Assembly: GCA_027604505.1 (NCBI GenBank)
Contig: JADIIX010000076.1
Coordinates: forward strand, 62,001 to 107,617
Length of the DNA: 45,617 bases
Origin: Gonapodya sp. JEL0774
Taxonomy: Eukaryota
Reading direction: 5' to 3'
Below the pieces are notes generated by a model. That model worked only from the letters and a program-made list of their open reading frames with translations. It had not been told where the DNA came from and made no database searches. The translations under genes and the position numbers were made by a program. Of the stretch, positions 10,769-24,328 are shown in pieces. Position 1 is the stretch's first letter. Each line of letters starts with the position of its first letter.

Positions 10769-13700
10769 ATGGCTGGTAAAACTTCTTTTTGAGATTGCGC
10801 ATGTGTGAAAATTCGTGGATTAATAACTTACTCTTTACTGGATCGCATTCCTTCGCCTTGTTACTCATATGGGTGGTGTGGTCCAACAGCGAATCAGAAA
10901 ACCGCGACGGTCTATGTCATAGATGTGGGGCCCACAATGTGGCGAGATAGAGTTCAAAAACCAGGCAGCCTGAAGCTTCAAAGAGCGGCAGAGTACATCG
11001 ACAAGATGGTTCACTCAAAGGTTTGGTCTATGAGGAAGAACTTTGATTCCCCAATTGAATTTGCTCACCACTGATTTGGATCACTTTTCACAAAGCTCGT
11101 ACAAGGCAGGAAGAGGGATGTTGGCGCTCTGATTGTGTATGGCTCGCCAGGTCAGACTTCCCCCATCGCCGTTGCTCGCTCGGGAGGTTGTCAAACATTC
11201 ATCTGCAACAATGGCCACTGTTACGCTAGAGACCAACAACAAACTGGCGGAAGCGGATCCTGAGGGCGACCAGTATCAATCGGTTAATCTATTGCGCGAA
11301 CTGGGTCCCTACGACCTTGAGTTCCGTCATATCCTGGAGAGGGCACTACCCAGAGGAGATGAACCAGGAGATTGTATGTCCTTCACAACACTGACTGCTG
11401 AGTTAATCCTCTTCAGTGTCAATGAACCTTAACTCCCTCGGTTTTCTCTGGTTTGGATTTTGAACCATTTCCGTAGTGCTGGATGCCCTCGTGGTTGCCA
11501 TTGAGGAAATAAAACTCCATTGTCGCGAACTCAAGTACGAAAAGCGGATCCAGATTGTCACTGACGGAGAGTCTCCCATCAACGTTGATGGTTACGAGGC
11601 CATTGGCACTATGCTGACGAATTCCAACATCGCTCTTGACATCATGTGCGCATGAGTTCTCTATGAGTACACCTGGGATCTCACTCGCAGTTGCACCTTC
11701 TAGTTAACACTCAGAACAATTGTAGTGGCCTTGATTTCGACGATCCCACGGCCGAACCGCCATTCGCCGAGGAGCACAAAAGTGCAATAAAAGTGGGCTT
11801 CTCTTTCATTGCTGATCTGCGCACAAGTGAATCATTTGACCTATATCCGAGCATCTGTTCTAGAGATCCAACGAGACGTTTCTTGACACCTTTTGTTCCG
11901 AGTACGGCGCGTTCTTGTATCCTTCTGCTTCTGCCGACCGCGATCTCGCCCGTTTCGAGTCCAAACGCACCCGATCAGCAGCCACATTTAATGGCCTCAT
12001 TACTCTTGGCGACTATGCCGCCTCTCCAGCTTCATCTCTTCAAATTCAAGTGAAGGGTTACCTGAAAACCTCGGAGCTTAAGATACCTTCCGCAAAGAAG
12101 CACTCGGCAGAGCCTACACCGCCGGGTTACGACGGTGAACGGACTCACGCAGTGACCATGCGGCGAACCTACACACGGACAATGGAGCAGGACGAGGACC
12201 CTGATATTCCTGTTGCAGGTATCAAGGTTTATCAAAAGGAGGAGTTGGTTTCAGCGTATCGGTACGGGAAGCAGCTTGTGCCTCTATCCATGGCGGATGC
12301 AGAAGCCATGAAGCTCCAGTCCAGGAAGGGGATGGAAATTGTAGGCACAATTCCGAGAGAGAAAGTGAGAACGCGCTCAGACAATGGTTACAGTCGAGTT
12401 GGAGAGTAACTATCAATTGGTTTCGGATCAAGCTCCAAGCGCGCCAACACTGGCTCATGGGCCAAGTACTTGCTATTCTTCCTTCGAGTGATGTTCCTGA
12501 AATCGCCTACCCATATCATGCCCTCCGACTCTCCCTCGAAACGACGGACAGGGTTGCCGTGACTCGGTACGTCCGCATCAACGACGCCCAACCCAAAATG
12601 GGCGCTTTATGGTCAGATCGATGCGATGCTTGTCTCTATTGGTGCCAACTCCCCTTCGATGAGGATATACGAGAGTTCCATTTCGAGAGTATGATCCCTC
12701 TGTTCAGAGAAGTTGGGGCGCAGCCTGTACCGGATCCTGCTGTCGCAACCGGTACGCCCTCCAGTAGTATCTATACTGGTAGGATTGCGTCTGCGTCTGG
12801 CTCAGGTGCGTCGACGAGCATAAACCCGGCAACACCGTCCGCTCCGGCGACCGGCGCAACGGGTATGCCGTCACTTGGCAGGGGCAAGCGGGCCAGGTTT
12901 GACAGGAGGAAGTATCTCAAAGCTGAGGTTGACAGTGCGGTGGACGGTCTAATAACTGCCATGGACCTTACGGAAGCTGGCGGTTTCGATGAGACTGGGT
13001 CAGTTAGGCAAGGCAAATGAAATTCTTGTTTTTAATTTCTTTCGCTTCTCATATCAAAACTATCAACACTCTTAGTAACCGCGTGGAGGCCTTACACCCT
13101 AGCTCAGTCTTCAACCCCGGATACCAACGCCTTTGGGCAGCTGTTGGGCACCGCGCCATGCACCCCGATGCACCGCTGGAACCCCCAAGACCTGAGCTCC
13201 TTGCACCCTTTTATCCAAGAGAAGACATTGTGGAAAGATCTCGAGATGCTGTTAGTCGCGTCCTGGACTCCTTCGACTTGAAGGCCAGAGATGATGACGA
13301 GGGTGGGCGGAAGAAAGGGAAAGGCAAGCGCAAGCGTGGTGAACGCGACGCGTCATCAGCAATACCACCAAACGGACTGGACGGTGATCGTGTTCAGCCT
13401 CAACCTGTGAATGGTCTTCCTGACGGCGATGCGGGTAATGAGGAAAGTGATGACAGAAACTTCAAACGTCCCACGGGAGAGGCGTCAACAAGTATTAAGG
13501 CTGAGCCTGGTGGTAGTTCAGGTATCATTTCGACGATCTCGGCCTCTAGAATGGATGATATGTCTTTCGAGGATATGTTCAGGCAACCCATTTCCAGCCG
13601 GGTAACGGCTGCAGACCCAGTCGGAGAATTCGAGGCAATCGTGCGAGCAAAGCTAGGAGGTGATGAAGGTTTTAAAATGGGTGAGCCTCTTTAGATGGTG

Positions 13701-14401
13701 GATCGTCGCAAGTTCCTACTAAGTTCTTTCTTCCAGCTGTCAACCAAATGCAATCGGTGATACGTGATCTCGTGTTCCACGCCCTGGACTCCGCCGACTT
13801 TGCAAAGCCAATGGCTGCCCTCGTGTCGCTGCGTCGCGTCTGCAAAATTGAGGAAGAGTATTCGTCCTTTAATGCCTTCCTCGTGGGACTTAAAGGTGAA
13901 CTACTTGCGTCGGGATCGCCCCAGTTGCGGAAACGTTTCTGGGTCGAGATGAAGAATGCACCGATCGAACCAATCAAAGTGACGGAAGTTGAAGAAGGCT
14001 ACAACGGAGGAGCCATGGATGACGGGGTAAGTTTGACACCATTGGACGAAATCATCGTCACTCGAATGACAAAGGGTCTCAATCCCGCCTCACTCACAAC
14101 ACTGGTAACGACGTTTTTCCATTTTGCACAACGCCTCCGGGTTTATAGGAGGTCGATGTATTCATGGAAAGAAGGCCCCCGTTGGACAAGTCCCCCTTGA
14201 GCATCGGGCCGGCCAGCGGGAGTTCTTTTAAAGCTGGAAATTCAAAAGGATCTAGCTCGGGTGTTGGGGGAGGTGCAGAGGAAGAAGAAGAAGAAGAGTT
14301 GGACGCAGATGCGTTGGTGAGTCAAGACAAAGTCTCCAATTGTGTGTCGCCTTTTTTTAACACCGCGAAACTTGTGCTGGGTACAGTTTGATAGGATGTA
14401 G
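10769..14401 (+). CDS. KU80: Ku80 NHEJ DNA end-binding subunit, 12 inferred exons
   Basis: vWA start KTATVYVIDVGPTM, then LDALVVAI and IVTDGESPI. Ku core AYRYGKQLVP, AVTRYV and QLPFDEDIREFHF, then FNPGYQRL. C-terminal helical domain DPVGEFE and an acidic tail ELDADALFDRM*. Confidence 0.95.
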
Positions 14402-14780
14402 TGCACATCATTGGTTTGATTAAAGTATATATATAGCGCAGCTGTGTTTCCTCTGACCTTGGTCCTAGTAGTTCGGTGTGGTAGAGCTGTACGAGTGCTA
14501 GGAATATGATTTTTTGATGTTTGGTTGTCGTATCTTACACTGTACCGCCAGTCTCTGCACCTGTCACCTCCGCGCTGCGGAACCAGCGTCGTCCGTACGT
14601 CGTACTTTTACGGGAACATACATCCGGGACCCACTGCTCCTCTCTAGATTTCACGCTGATTCTTCCATATGACATGAAGGTTATTGTGCGCGTGACAAAT
14701 TGGTGCACAGTGCCTCTGTGGCAGAGCCACTTCCAAACATGTTCCAAACAGAGCACCATTCCGCCGCGATTATCGCTATA

Positions 14781-16875
14781 ATGGTTACTCAAGAGTCTAC
14801 AGCGGCTTCCGCACGGCCGGTATCATGGACATCGCAGGGACCGAGATCGTCCTCGCAGCCGCCGGTCTCCCGTCATGCGCCGCCTAAGACTCCGGAAAGG
14901 TTGCCGCCGCCGCCACAAGCCAGAGCACTTTCTGGTCGGAAGACGCCCTCTACGTACCTGGGAAAACCTCCCCTCCCAGTATCTTCTAAGAAAACACCAG
15001 CTGCCCGGGGATCCCCCCGGATAGGACCACTTACTCCGGGTGCCTCCAAGAGCTCACCATCCCGAAGAGACTCGCCCAAATCCAATTACAAGACCTCCCC
15101 ATCGCCTCGACAGAGAACATATCACTCTAAAGGCGGCTCAGCACCAGTTGATGGGAGCATCTTGAATCTTCTTGGTAGTCCCACCGGGAGGAAATTGAAG
15201 AACAAGACCACCAAGGTATGGACAGGACAAATCGCCAATATTCTTCAAATCTGACTTCATGTCAATGCCCTTTTCTGCGAACAAACTGATGGTGCTTTGG
15301 ATCGTCTCGTTCCTGCTCTAACCATCAACCACCCGCTCAAATTTGACCACTTTTTCCCAATTGCTCGGGCCGTTCCCAAAAACTTGCCTTTCCAAAGTAC
15401 GATCGATTTATCACCAGTCATGCGTCCATGTCCGTAACCTCCTCGCAGTTCAACCTGTCGCGAAAAGATGGAGCGAAAGTTGGTCTGGGACTGCCCATCC
15501 TCCCTTCAGCATCCTCCTCCACTTCATCTTCCAGCTCAACATCTCAGCTACTTGACTCCAGTGCTCTCGCTTATCAAGAAGAAGTCGCGCGTGCGTGTGG
15601 TGTGGCACTCGACAAGAGGATTCTTGCATTCGCATCAGAGCCACCACCTTCGGAACACCCAACGGACATTCGCTCTCATTGGAATAGACCACTGCGGCCC
15701 CCCGTGAATGCTGCTGCCAGGCGCAAGGTCTCTACTCAGCCTGAGCGTGTCCTCGATGCCCCTGGCATGGTCGATGACTACTACCTGAATCTGCTGGACT
15801 GGTCCTACAACAATACCCTCGCCATCGTCCTGGGTCGCACCGTCTATTTATGGATGGCAGAAACTGGGGACGTAGTTGAGTTTTGCAGCGTCGGCGAAGA
15901 CCCCTCGACTGCCTCAACCACACCAATGGCGGGATCCCCGACTGACTCCGTGACATCGGTGGCTTGGACCAAGGACGGTACCTACCTAGCTGTGGGAACT
16001 GACGAAGGTGATACGCAGATCTGGGATGTTGAAGCTTCAAAAAAGGTCCGCTCTATGCCTGGCCACCTGGCCAGAGTCGGGGTACTCGGATGGCGAGACC
16101 ATCTCCTCTCCTCTGGCTGTCGTGACGGTTCCATTCATCAACACGACGTACGTATAGCAAACCATCGTGTAGATGAGCTCCTGTCTCACACGAGCGAAGT
16201 TTGTGGTCTGAAATGGCGTGATGATGGTGCTGCCTTAGCGAGTGGTGGTAATGATAACCTTGTCAATATATGGGACGCAAGAAGCAGCATACCCAAATTT
16301 ACTAAGTCAGAGCATAATGCAGCTGTTAAGGTACGTTGAATGATGTTCATTTTAGCAGGGGGATGAAACGTAGGCTTTGTCGTCCTGACGCTTGCTCCCA
16401 AAATTCCCCCCGTCAAAAGGCACTCGATTGGGCACCGTGGCAGCTCAATCTTCTTGCAACTGGTGGCGGGACTCATGACCGTCACATTCACTTTTGGAAC
16501 ACGACTACTGGTGCAAAGCTGTCGTCCCTCGATACGGGATCCCAAGTCACAGCCGTAACGTGGTCACGTGATTATCGGGAGATACTTAGCTCTCATGGTT
16601 TTCCAGACAATCAACTCACACTGTGGTCTTACCCGAGCCTCGGAAAGATCGTGGACCTATCAGGCCACGACGCTCGCGTTCTGCACACCGCAATCAGCCC
16701 TGATGGGACAGCTGTAGCCACGGCGGCCGGAGATGAATGCCTCAAATTTTGGAGGGTGTGGGAACGGAAGAAAGCTGAGCGAACCAGGGACACAGAATCC
16801 GCATTAACTGCACAAAAAGGAGCAAGTGATGATGGCCTCTCAACAGCATTTGAACGAAAACTCAAAATTCGATGA
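14781..16875 (+). CDS. CDC20: APC/C co-activator Cdc20/Slp1/Fizzy; introns 15216-15397 and 16331-16419
   Basis: [24 protein letters not shown]40 repeats ([38 protein letters not shown]), Mad2-binding-like KRILAF, C-box-like DRFI, C-terminal IR tail, and an SP/TP-rich N-terminus. Confidence 0.95.
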
Positions 16876-16929
16876 TTGATTTAACGTTGTATATCAGACA
16901 CTATAACCGAATAAATGCATGCATCATCA

Positions 16930-19900
16930 CTATACAAACATATACTCGTCTGCCATCTTCTCCATGAAAGCTTGGATTGCCGCACGCAGTTCCTCCCGTT
17001 CTGAGGACATGCACTTGATTGCGGTTCGAAAGTAGCTCCGTAAGTGTCCTCTTATCTTCAGATGGGTGATGGAATCAGTCCCTGTTGAGGATGAAACCCT
17101 GCTCGGGCCATAATGTTCTGAGAGCAGTACGAGGCCTTGATACACCACAACAACTACAGGTGCCCATTGAATAAGCTCTCGATGGTAGCGCTTCGTGTCA
17201 GCCATGAAACGAGTATAGACTTCCAGCACCTTGTCCACCTCCCGCAACAATATCTCGACTAGCACACCCTCATCACGGGTATCTATTACGTCCCGATCCA
17301 CAATGTGAATATTACCACCCCTATTCGATGTCCACCGCGGATCGAAATCCTTCCACTGCATCCGCTCTTCATCTCCACCAACGGCGTAGCAGACGAACAT
17401 TAAATGCAGCCAGGAAGCCATGGAAATAGCCTCCTGCTTGGAAAGGTTAGGCATTTGTGGTACGTATCCTTTACGGAAAATGGCTTGCCGACGCTGGGTG
17501 TCAGTATTGAAAGCGTGGGCAAACTCCCAAGATTCGTGAAATAGATGGAGCCAGTAATAACGAATCTCAAGAGGAAGGGAGCAAATCAAAGACGCCTCAG
17601 GCATCACCAGTTCAGGAGGCTGTTTTGTTCTTCCGTTGTTGACAGGCATGTCCATGCCCGCTCGCGCTGGCCCAAGGGCAAGGTCGCGAAGAGTCTGCAC
17701 AATCTCGAGGTGAACAGCCGCACGAAGTACGACCAATTCAAAGTCCAAAGTCGCAGAGGTCCGCCTCACAGCTGGAACCATATGCTGTTGTGTCCCTGGA
17801 ATACCAAATGATCCACCCGACTCTCGTTCATCTAGAGTCACTTTACTATCTTCCTTCCGATTGTTAGAAATGGCGATTTCTGAGCCACCCAGCGAATCAG
17901 TACGTAGTGACTGTGATGTGATAGGTACATTAGCGCTGTCGTTGGGACGGACTTCGCTTCCTGTGACATTCCGAGTGTCTGCGCTTCCGTCTTGTACCTC
18001 TTGTGATACAACCGGTGTCAAGGATTTCGAGGCTTGGACAGCAAAGTCCCACTCCATGAGCTCGGTCGGCAAGCTCGTGTGAAAGGCACGAGCAATGCCG
18101 TGCGTAACCAGTGCCCAAGCCCCTTCATGCTCTCCCAATTTTCCCGCGTTCTCTTTGAGGAATCTCTGCAAGCATATTGCCCCTGTACTCGCGATGTTCT
18201 CGTTCCTTTTACCAACAAATGTGGCGATCAGGTCCATCACAACTTCAATGAGCTCTAGCGGATCCCTGAGACTCTCAAACAGCGTCGAAGACAAGTCAAC
18301 CACCTCTCGCAGCCCCTGAATCCACAGAGATGATTCTGTCGGTGGAATAATCGATCCCTTTCTTGTCTTGACACCTTTGAGTTGATCATCATCGTCTCTA
18401 TAAGCATTATCCGCGCTAATGGTTCCCAGGCCCTCGAATAATGGAAGAATCACGCTTCGTTTAATATTCCGCCAAAATGCTGGATTAAACAGGTGCCCAG
18501 TTCGCCCCAAAACCTCAAACAGAGCTTCCAATGCTGAGATTCGCACTGCTTGTGCGGGAGAGTCGATGACGAGTCTTGAAAGGGCAGACAAAATAGGAAA
18601 CCACATCAAGTAGAATTGCTGCTCCGTGGCCATCCCAGGACTCTCTGTCTCACTTTCCCGCCATAACTCCCAGTGCTCGGTCGAACCTTCCGCAGCGCGA
18701 GGAAGAGGTCGGGAAGCCTTGTCACCAAGTCCGAGTGTGATTGAAGCATCAGTTACAGAAGGCAATTGGGGCAATATGTTTACTCCGCGAGTCACCATCA
18801 AGACCTTGGCTGAAGGGCCCAGCTCATTCAATTTCAGAGCACATCCCTGTAGAAGACGGATACTGCCGACAACTGCTTCGTCGGCGTTGACATTAGCAGA
18901 CTGGGCAAAATCTACGTTTTGGGAAGGGGAGAGGGTAAACTTCAACAACCGAAAATATCCACCTCCACGAAGAGTTCTCACCTTTCAGACACGCAATGTA
19001 ATCTGCAAAGCTACCGGCGTTTATGGCAACTTCTAAAGATTCATTGAAGACTAATTCAAGAACGCCAAACGCAGCTTTCACCAATACCAGGTCTGAATCG
19101 TGGGCAGCTCTCGAAAGAACATTCCAAATGGACTTCCAGCCAGATCGAATGTTTCGCGCTCTCGATGCTACCATCTGGTGGACGCTTTGTATAATATGCT
19201 CTCGGATGAAGGTATTGTTGTTGTGCTTCATAATGTGCTCGAATGAACGAAGAAATTCCGATTGTGTGTTATAGTGAGAGAGTTCGTCTCTCTCAAGGAA
19301 CTTGTACGACAGCTGACGCAAAGAATCGACCGCGAATGTAGCAACCGTCGAATCTTTATGCGTCCCCATCGCATTAAAGTAAGGCTGCAAAACTTTCCAC
19401 GTTCTGGTAAACTCAAAACGAATTCTGGACATGTTATAAGAAGCAACCTCAACCACTTTTTGGAGTGAAAACATTCGCACAGAATTACTACTGTACGAAA
19501 CCGGTCCCGATGGGAACATTGCACCCAAAGCGTAAGCGTTCGCAACAGCTAACGCTGATTGAGTCGAAGGCCTTCGAGTAGATCCGGAGCTAGTCGCTTG
19601 CTCTTCCACGGCCGAACCATTCGTCGATGGTACAAGACCCGCAGCCAGAGCCACCGCAGTCGAGTCCATGCCAACTTCTTCGGCAGAAACGGCGCATAAA
19701 CTTTTCACAAAGAAAAGCAACGCATCTCCAGAGAGAGAGGTCGTGCCACTGAATAGTCGATCAATTGTTACAAAAACTTCCTGATTCTTGAACTCCGCAG
19801 ATATCTTGCTCATAACGGGATCATAATCAGTTGACGAAAGGCCGCTTGTGGTTGACGTTTGCGATGTGAAACCTTCCTCGCTTGCAGAAGCACCTTCATC

Positions 19901-22900
19901 GGTACCCACAGTAGTTGCATACACTTGAGCATTAGGCGCATTTCCCAATAGAATCGGCAAATCGGTGATAGACTTCCTCTTCGGCACCTGTCCCCTTGCA
20001 CTGTCGCCGTCAATCAAATGCGCCCTCTCAAGCCAGCTGACAGCCATCAACACATCAAGCCAAGAACCATCTAAATACTCTCCTAGAGCATTGCCAATGG
20101 TGATTATTGTTTTCACAACCTTCGCGTTCTTAGGTTTCATCGAAGACACTTGATTCAATGAACCCATCTTCAGCAATGCAGAGACCCACGCGTGTCGCTC
20201 TGTTTCCAGTCGGAACACTGACGCGATCCGAATGCATGAAGTGAAACCCAAGAGGCAAAGATCGACAATAGTCCGAGGTCCAGACAAAGTTCGGCTTCTG
20301 ACGGCACCAGATGCTATCTCCTTGACACTTAGCTCCAAGCCCACTCCAGATGGGTTGTAGTCCTCCCACGAATCGAACACTTCGGCTTCGAAAAGCAGAC
20401 TAAAAGTCGCCAAAAGATTCCAGCCGACCGCCCGGAACATCACACGCGCGAGTTCGGGATTATCCGCCGATTTAAAAGTTGATGCGACAATACTATAATC
20501 CGGCATCGCTCCAGGGAGGGTACCGACGCGAGGCGTGGCAACGTTGACTCCAACCGCTGCACCAATCCGGTGAGCGTCATCCCTTGCCTGCTTCATAAGC
20601 GTTTGCGAACGTTTCTGCATTTGGGCCATTTCCCTTTTGTACATTTCAGTTCGCTCCCTATCGGATCGAGCGAGCTCTCGTTGCTTCGCTTCGGCGTCGA
20701 TTCTGATCAACATGCAAGTCAACAAAACTCTGCTCAACAAAAAAGGCAAAAAGATGGCCCACCTCTCTTCTTCTAAAACAATTTCGTCCGAAGAAATCTC
20801 GTCAAAAATGCGTGCTAGAAGCTCTTCCGGTAAGTCACCGCCTCCATTGATCCCCCTGTTATTTCTGATAAAGGCTTGCTTATCCATTCGAGTTTTTACC
20901 TTTACTGAATGCTGGTCAACATTCAGCAAGATAACAGAATAGGCGAGAGTGTACGCAGTGTCGGCAGAACTAAACGACTCTGGATTGCTGACAGATATGA
21001 AGGGAAGTGACATGGTTCGAACCTAAAGGAGGTGGAAATGAAGACTCACCACTCGAGGAAACGATCGGCGAACTTCTCAACGATTCGGTCAATCTTCTGG
21101 GATTCTCCGGGGAGCCTGAAAGTCTGCAGCATGGTTCTAAGAGATTCTACAAATTCCTTGCCACTGAAGTCAAGAGAGTCTATCCAAGCGTGTAATATAG
21201 CGATGCTCTCCTGATCTCCTTGGCCCAATATCTCTCCAAGAGCTGTCTTCGTGAACCCTGGTGTGGTCCGAAGGAATCTGCAAATAGAAGGTGGATCTTG
21301 TGGGGCAGGAATAAATCCGTGCGATCGAAGAAGTTTGAGGCCTTTTGGAGGCTTCTGGTTGAACAAATTGATAGTCGATCGCAATAAACTCTTCCTCTGT
21401 GCCAATTGTTCCGGAGATTGGCGGTCCTGTGTGTCGTCAATGTTATACACCACTCCCGACGATGACGGATCACCCGACGTGCTTGTTCTTGATGTAGAGT
21501 CCCCTCCAATGTTTGCCAAATTAACGTTGCTGTTGCTTCCATTTGGTGTCTTGTAGAACTGGCTCCCCATTCTCAAAGACTCCACGCTCACTGACGCCAA
21601 AGGGTTCGAGGGATGGATTATTGCAGGGGTTGGTGCGCTCGGAGAAAACGTTGGATTCAGACTCGGTGTCCCGGGTGAAAGTTTGGGGACATTGGATGAA
21701 GGCGTCGGTGATCTTCTTTCGTCGATGCTCCTCTTTCCGGCCCCGGCACCAATAGAATCAAAGCTCTCTCGTTCTCCCGACGAGAGTTGGGTTAAACGTC
21801 TCTTTTCTGTGGTATGGGGAGCTGGATTTCTTTGGTTACTGATCCCGTTCACCATCACGCCACCATTTCCTCCCCACTCAGCTAGACCATCGACAACTCC
21901 GACGAGTACTGACAGCGCTTGCTTCCTGAGCCGCCAATCCTCGTCTACAAGGGTGCGACTGTCACCAGGTCCGCTTGTCCTGCTTCTTGCCGCCTTTCCA
22001 CAAATCTCAATGATCCTCTCAAACACCCCGACGCTATCCATTTCGCAGTCATAGTTCAGATAGAGATCACCTAGGAGCTGACCATCGGTGGCGAGTTTGC
22101 CGAGTCCGGCCAGTACAGTACTTTTCTGTTTCGCGGAGGAACTTCCCATATCCAAAACGTGAAGAAAGATGTTGTTCGACAGAACTTCAAGTTCCTTTTT
22201 CAGAACAGCACGATATCCTAGCATGAGTGAAACGTACACAGAGACACCGAGCTCAAACAGGTGAGGGTCGTTCGCGACCACGGCGTTACGTGACAAGCTC
22301 AAGCAAAGCCCACTCCGAATAGAACCGAGGATGCGATTGTCCGAGCGAAATTGGGGACCACCCGCACGCAACATGGCCAAAATTAACTCCAATGAAAGAG
22401 CTCTGGTTTTGAGAACATGAGGCGGTAGATCGGACGGCGTGAGTGCGGTCGCCGGTGTGGGAGAATGCATGGAGAGTTGAACAAACAGGCGAAAGAAGAG
22501 GTACGTGTCTGTGAGAAGAAGGTGATGATAGTAGTTGAGCGGCGGTTGATAGGGGTTGGCATAAATGGTGCCTTGGGTGATGGTGGATACGCGGGGACCC
22601 GGCGAGCGAGCATTACTTATAGCAGTAGGTTGCTCCAAAGGGCGAGGAGAAGATTGTTCAGGGGTTATATGTGTGGAGGTGGACGAACCTTCCTCGAATT
22701 TGTTTGCCGCAATTGAGACCGCAGTTTCGTCAGTTGTCGACACATCGTTGTCTATGTTCTCCATCTGTTTCGCAGTAGAAACGAATTTTTCCGGCTCACG
22801 AATATCATTTTCTTTAAGTTGAACTTCCTCAGACGACCAGTAATCTACCTTGGTGATTCCAGTGGCTTGACTATCGTGGACACTGTGAGACTGAACGGTG

Positions 22901-24201
22901 TCTGCGACCGGGGTAGCCCGAGTAGACACATCGGCGTCATCGCATTTTGTCAAAACTGTCTCCGTCTCGACAGCGATGGGCATATTTGTGACTTGGTCGA
23001 TCTCCGCTTGTAAAACGAGTGGGAACGTCTCCACTTTGTTACCTCTGGCGACATATTCCAGAACCTCAGAAAGAGCAGGATCAGTGGCGAAGCTGTGTGA
23101 CTCGAGAACGCGGATGAGGGGAAGGTACGTGGACGAAAACGATTCTGATCGGTGAACGACGACGTTCGCGATCTGAGTGAGACCCGCTCTGATACAGCAA
23201 ACACAAAAATGGTCAAACATAAGCCGCACACCCGCAAGAGATAAAGCATAGACGGCCATTTACCTTGCAGCGTTCTGGTGAACTGGGTTCCGACTAAAGC
23301 TCGCCAAGTCCACCATTGTTTGGGCGCATCTCAGCAAAGACGATCCGTGCACTTCACATCTCGCGCTCGTAAGAATCGTGGTAATACACTTAACGACAGC
23401 GAGTTGAAGCACATCGTCGGTTTGTGACCCCTGGAAGCAGGAGCACACGGTAGTGATGATGTCGTCGATGAGGAGAGGCGTTGTTGTGTACGTTGTCCGC
23501 GAGTCTGGTGACGTTGGGTTCAAAGAGTGAAGTGCGGGAACACGACTGGTATGTGATGGAGATAATCCTTCTGTGTCTGAGTGCGGGATGATTGGGTCCA
23601 GAATCCCCGATGTGGAAGATATCGCAAGCGACACTGCAGGGAGTGAGGACGTAGAACCCGAAGGTGATGAAGAGGAACGCTGCCCGGTTCCCAAAGGAGG
23701 CACAGCAGTCAATGTGGGTGGAGAAAGCAGCGTGGAGGGAGACTGCAGAGGAACTGTAGAAACAATTGAGGAAGTGCTGGAAGGGGTGAACCCTCGAAGA
23801 ATACCATGAGCGATAAGCTTGCTAATACAATCCAGAGAGACTTCGCGCGTTCGAACGGGATGAAATGGCTGGCAAGCAAGGCTAAATGGAGTCCAGAATG
23901 AATCTCCTCTTTGGGAATGAATAGAGAGTGGCAGTATATCCCAGTTGCAGTGAAAGCGCGTACAGAACCCGCAGGCTAAAAATAACGATTTGGAAACTCA
24001 CAATCCTTCCCATGTCACGGTAGGTCCGTCCTTTTCAGTCACTGAAAGTTCTCCAAATGCAACCTTGAGGGAATCACGGAGTTCCTTGACGCCTTTAGAG
24101 GCTGCTGTGTTCCCATAAGACCCGAAAACACCGACTGATGCTGAAATCTCCGCGTAGAGTTTTTCAAGGGCCTGTCGCAGTACAGCCCCACCGCTTGACA
24201 T
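16930..24201 (-). CDS. SEC7: Large Sec7/BIG-family Arf guanine-nucleotide exchange factor (DCB-HUS-Sec7-HDS), multi-exon
   Basis: HUS box LYLNYDCE, catalytic FRLPGESQKIDRIVEKFA and ADTAYTLAYSVILLNVDQH. BIG-type HDS motifs FSLQKVVEVASYNMSRIR, FAVDSLRQLS and NIRSGWKSI, plus MPNLSKQE near the end. ATG at 24201 (MSSGGAVLRQALEKL). Confidence 0.95.
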
Positions 24202-24328
24202 AGCGGCAAATAACTCAAAACAACCACGACCCCGAACAAGGTTATCCACGGTACAAATTTATTGGCATTATGTAAACAACGTTGTACTCCAACCCCAATT
24301 GTCTTCGGTTCCTTGGCCCTGTCCAACT

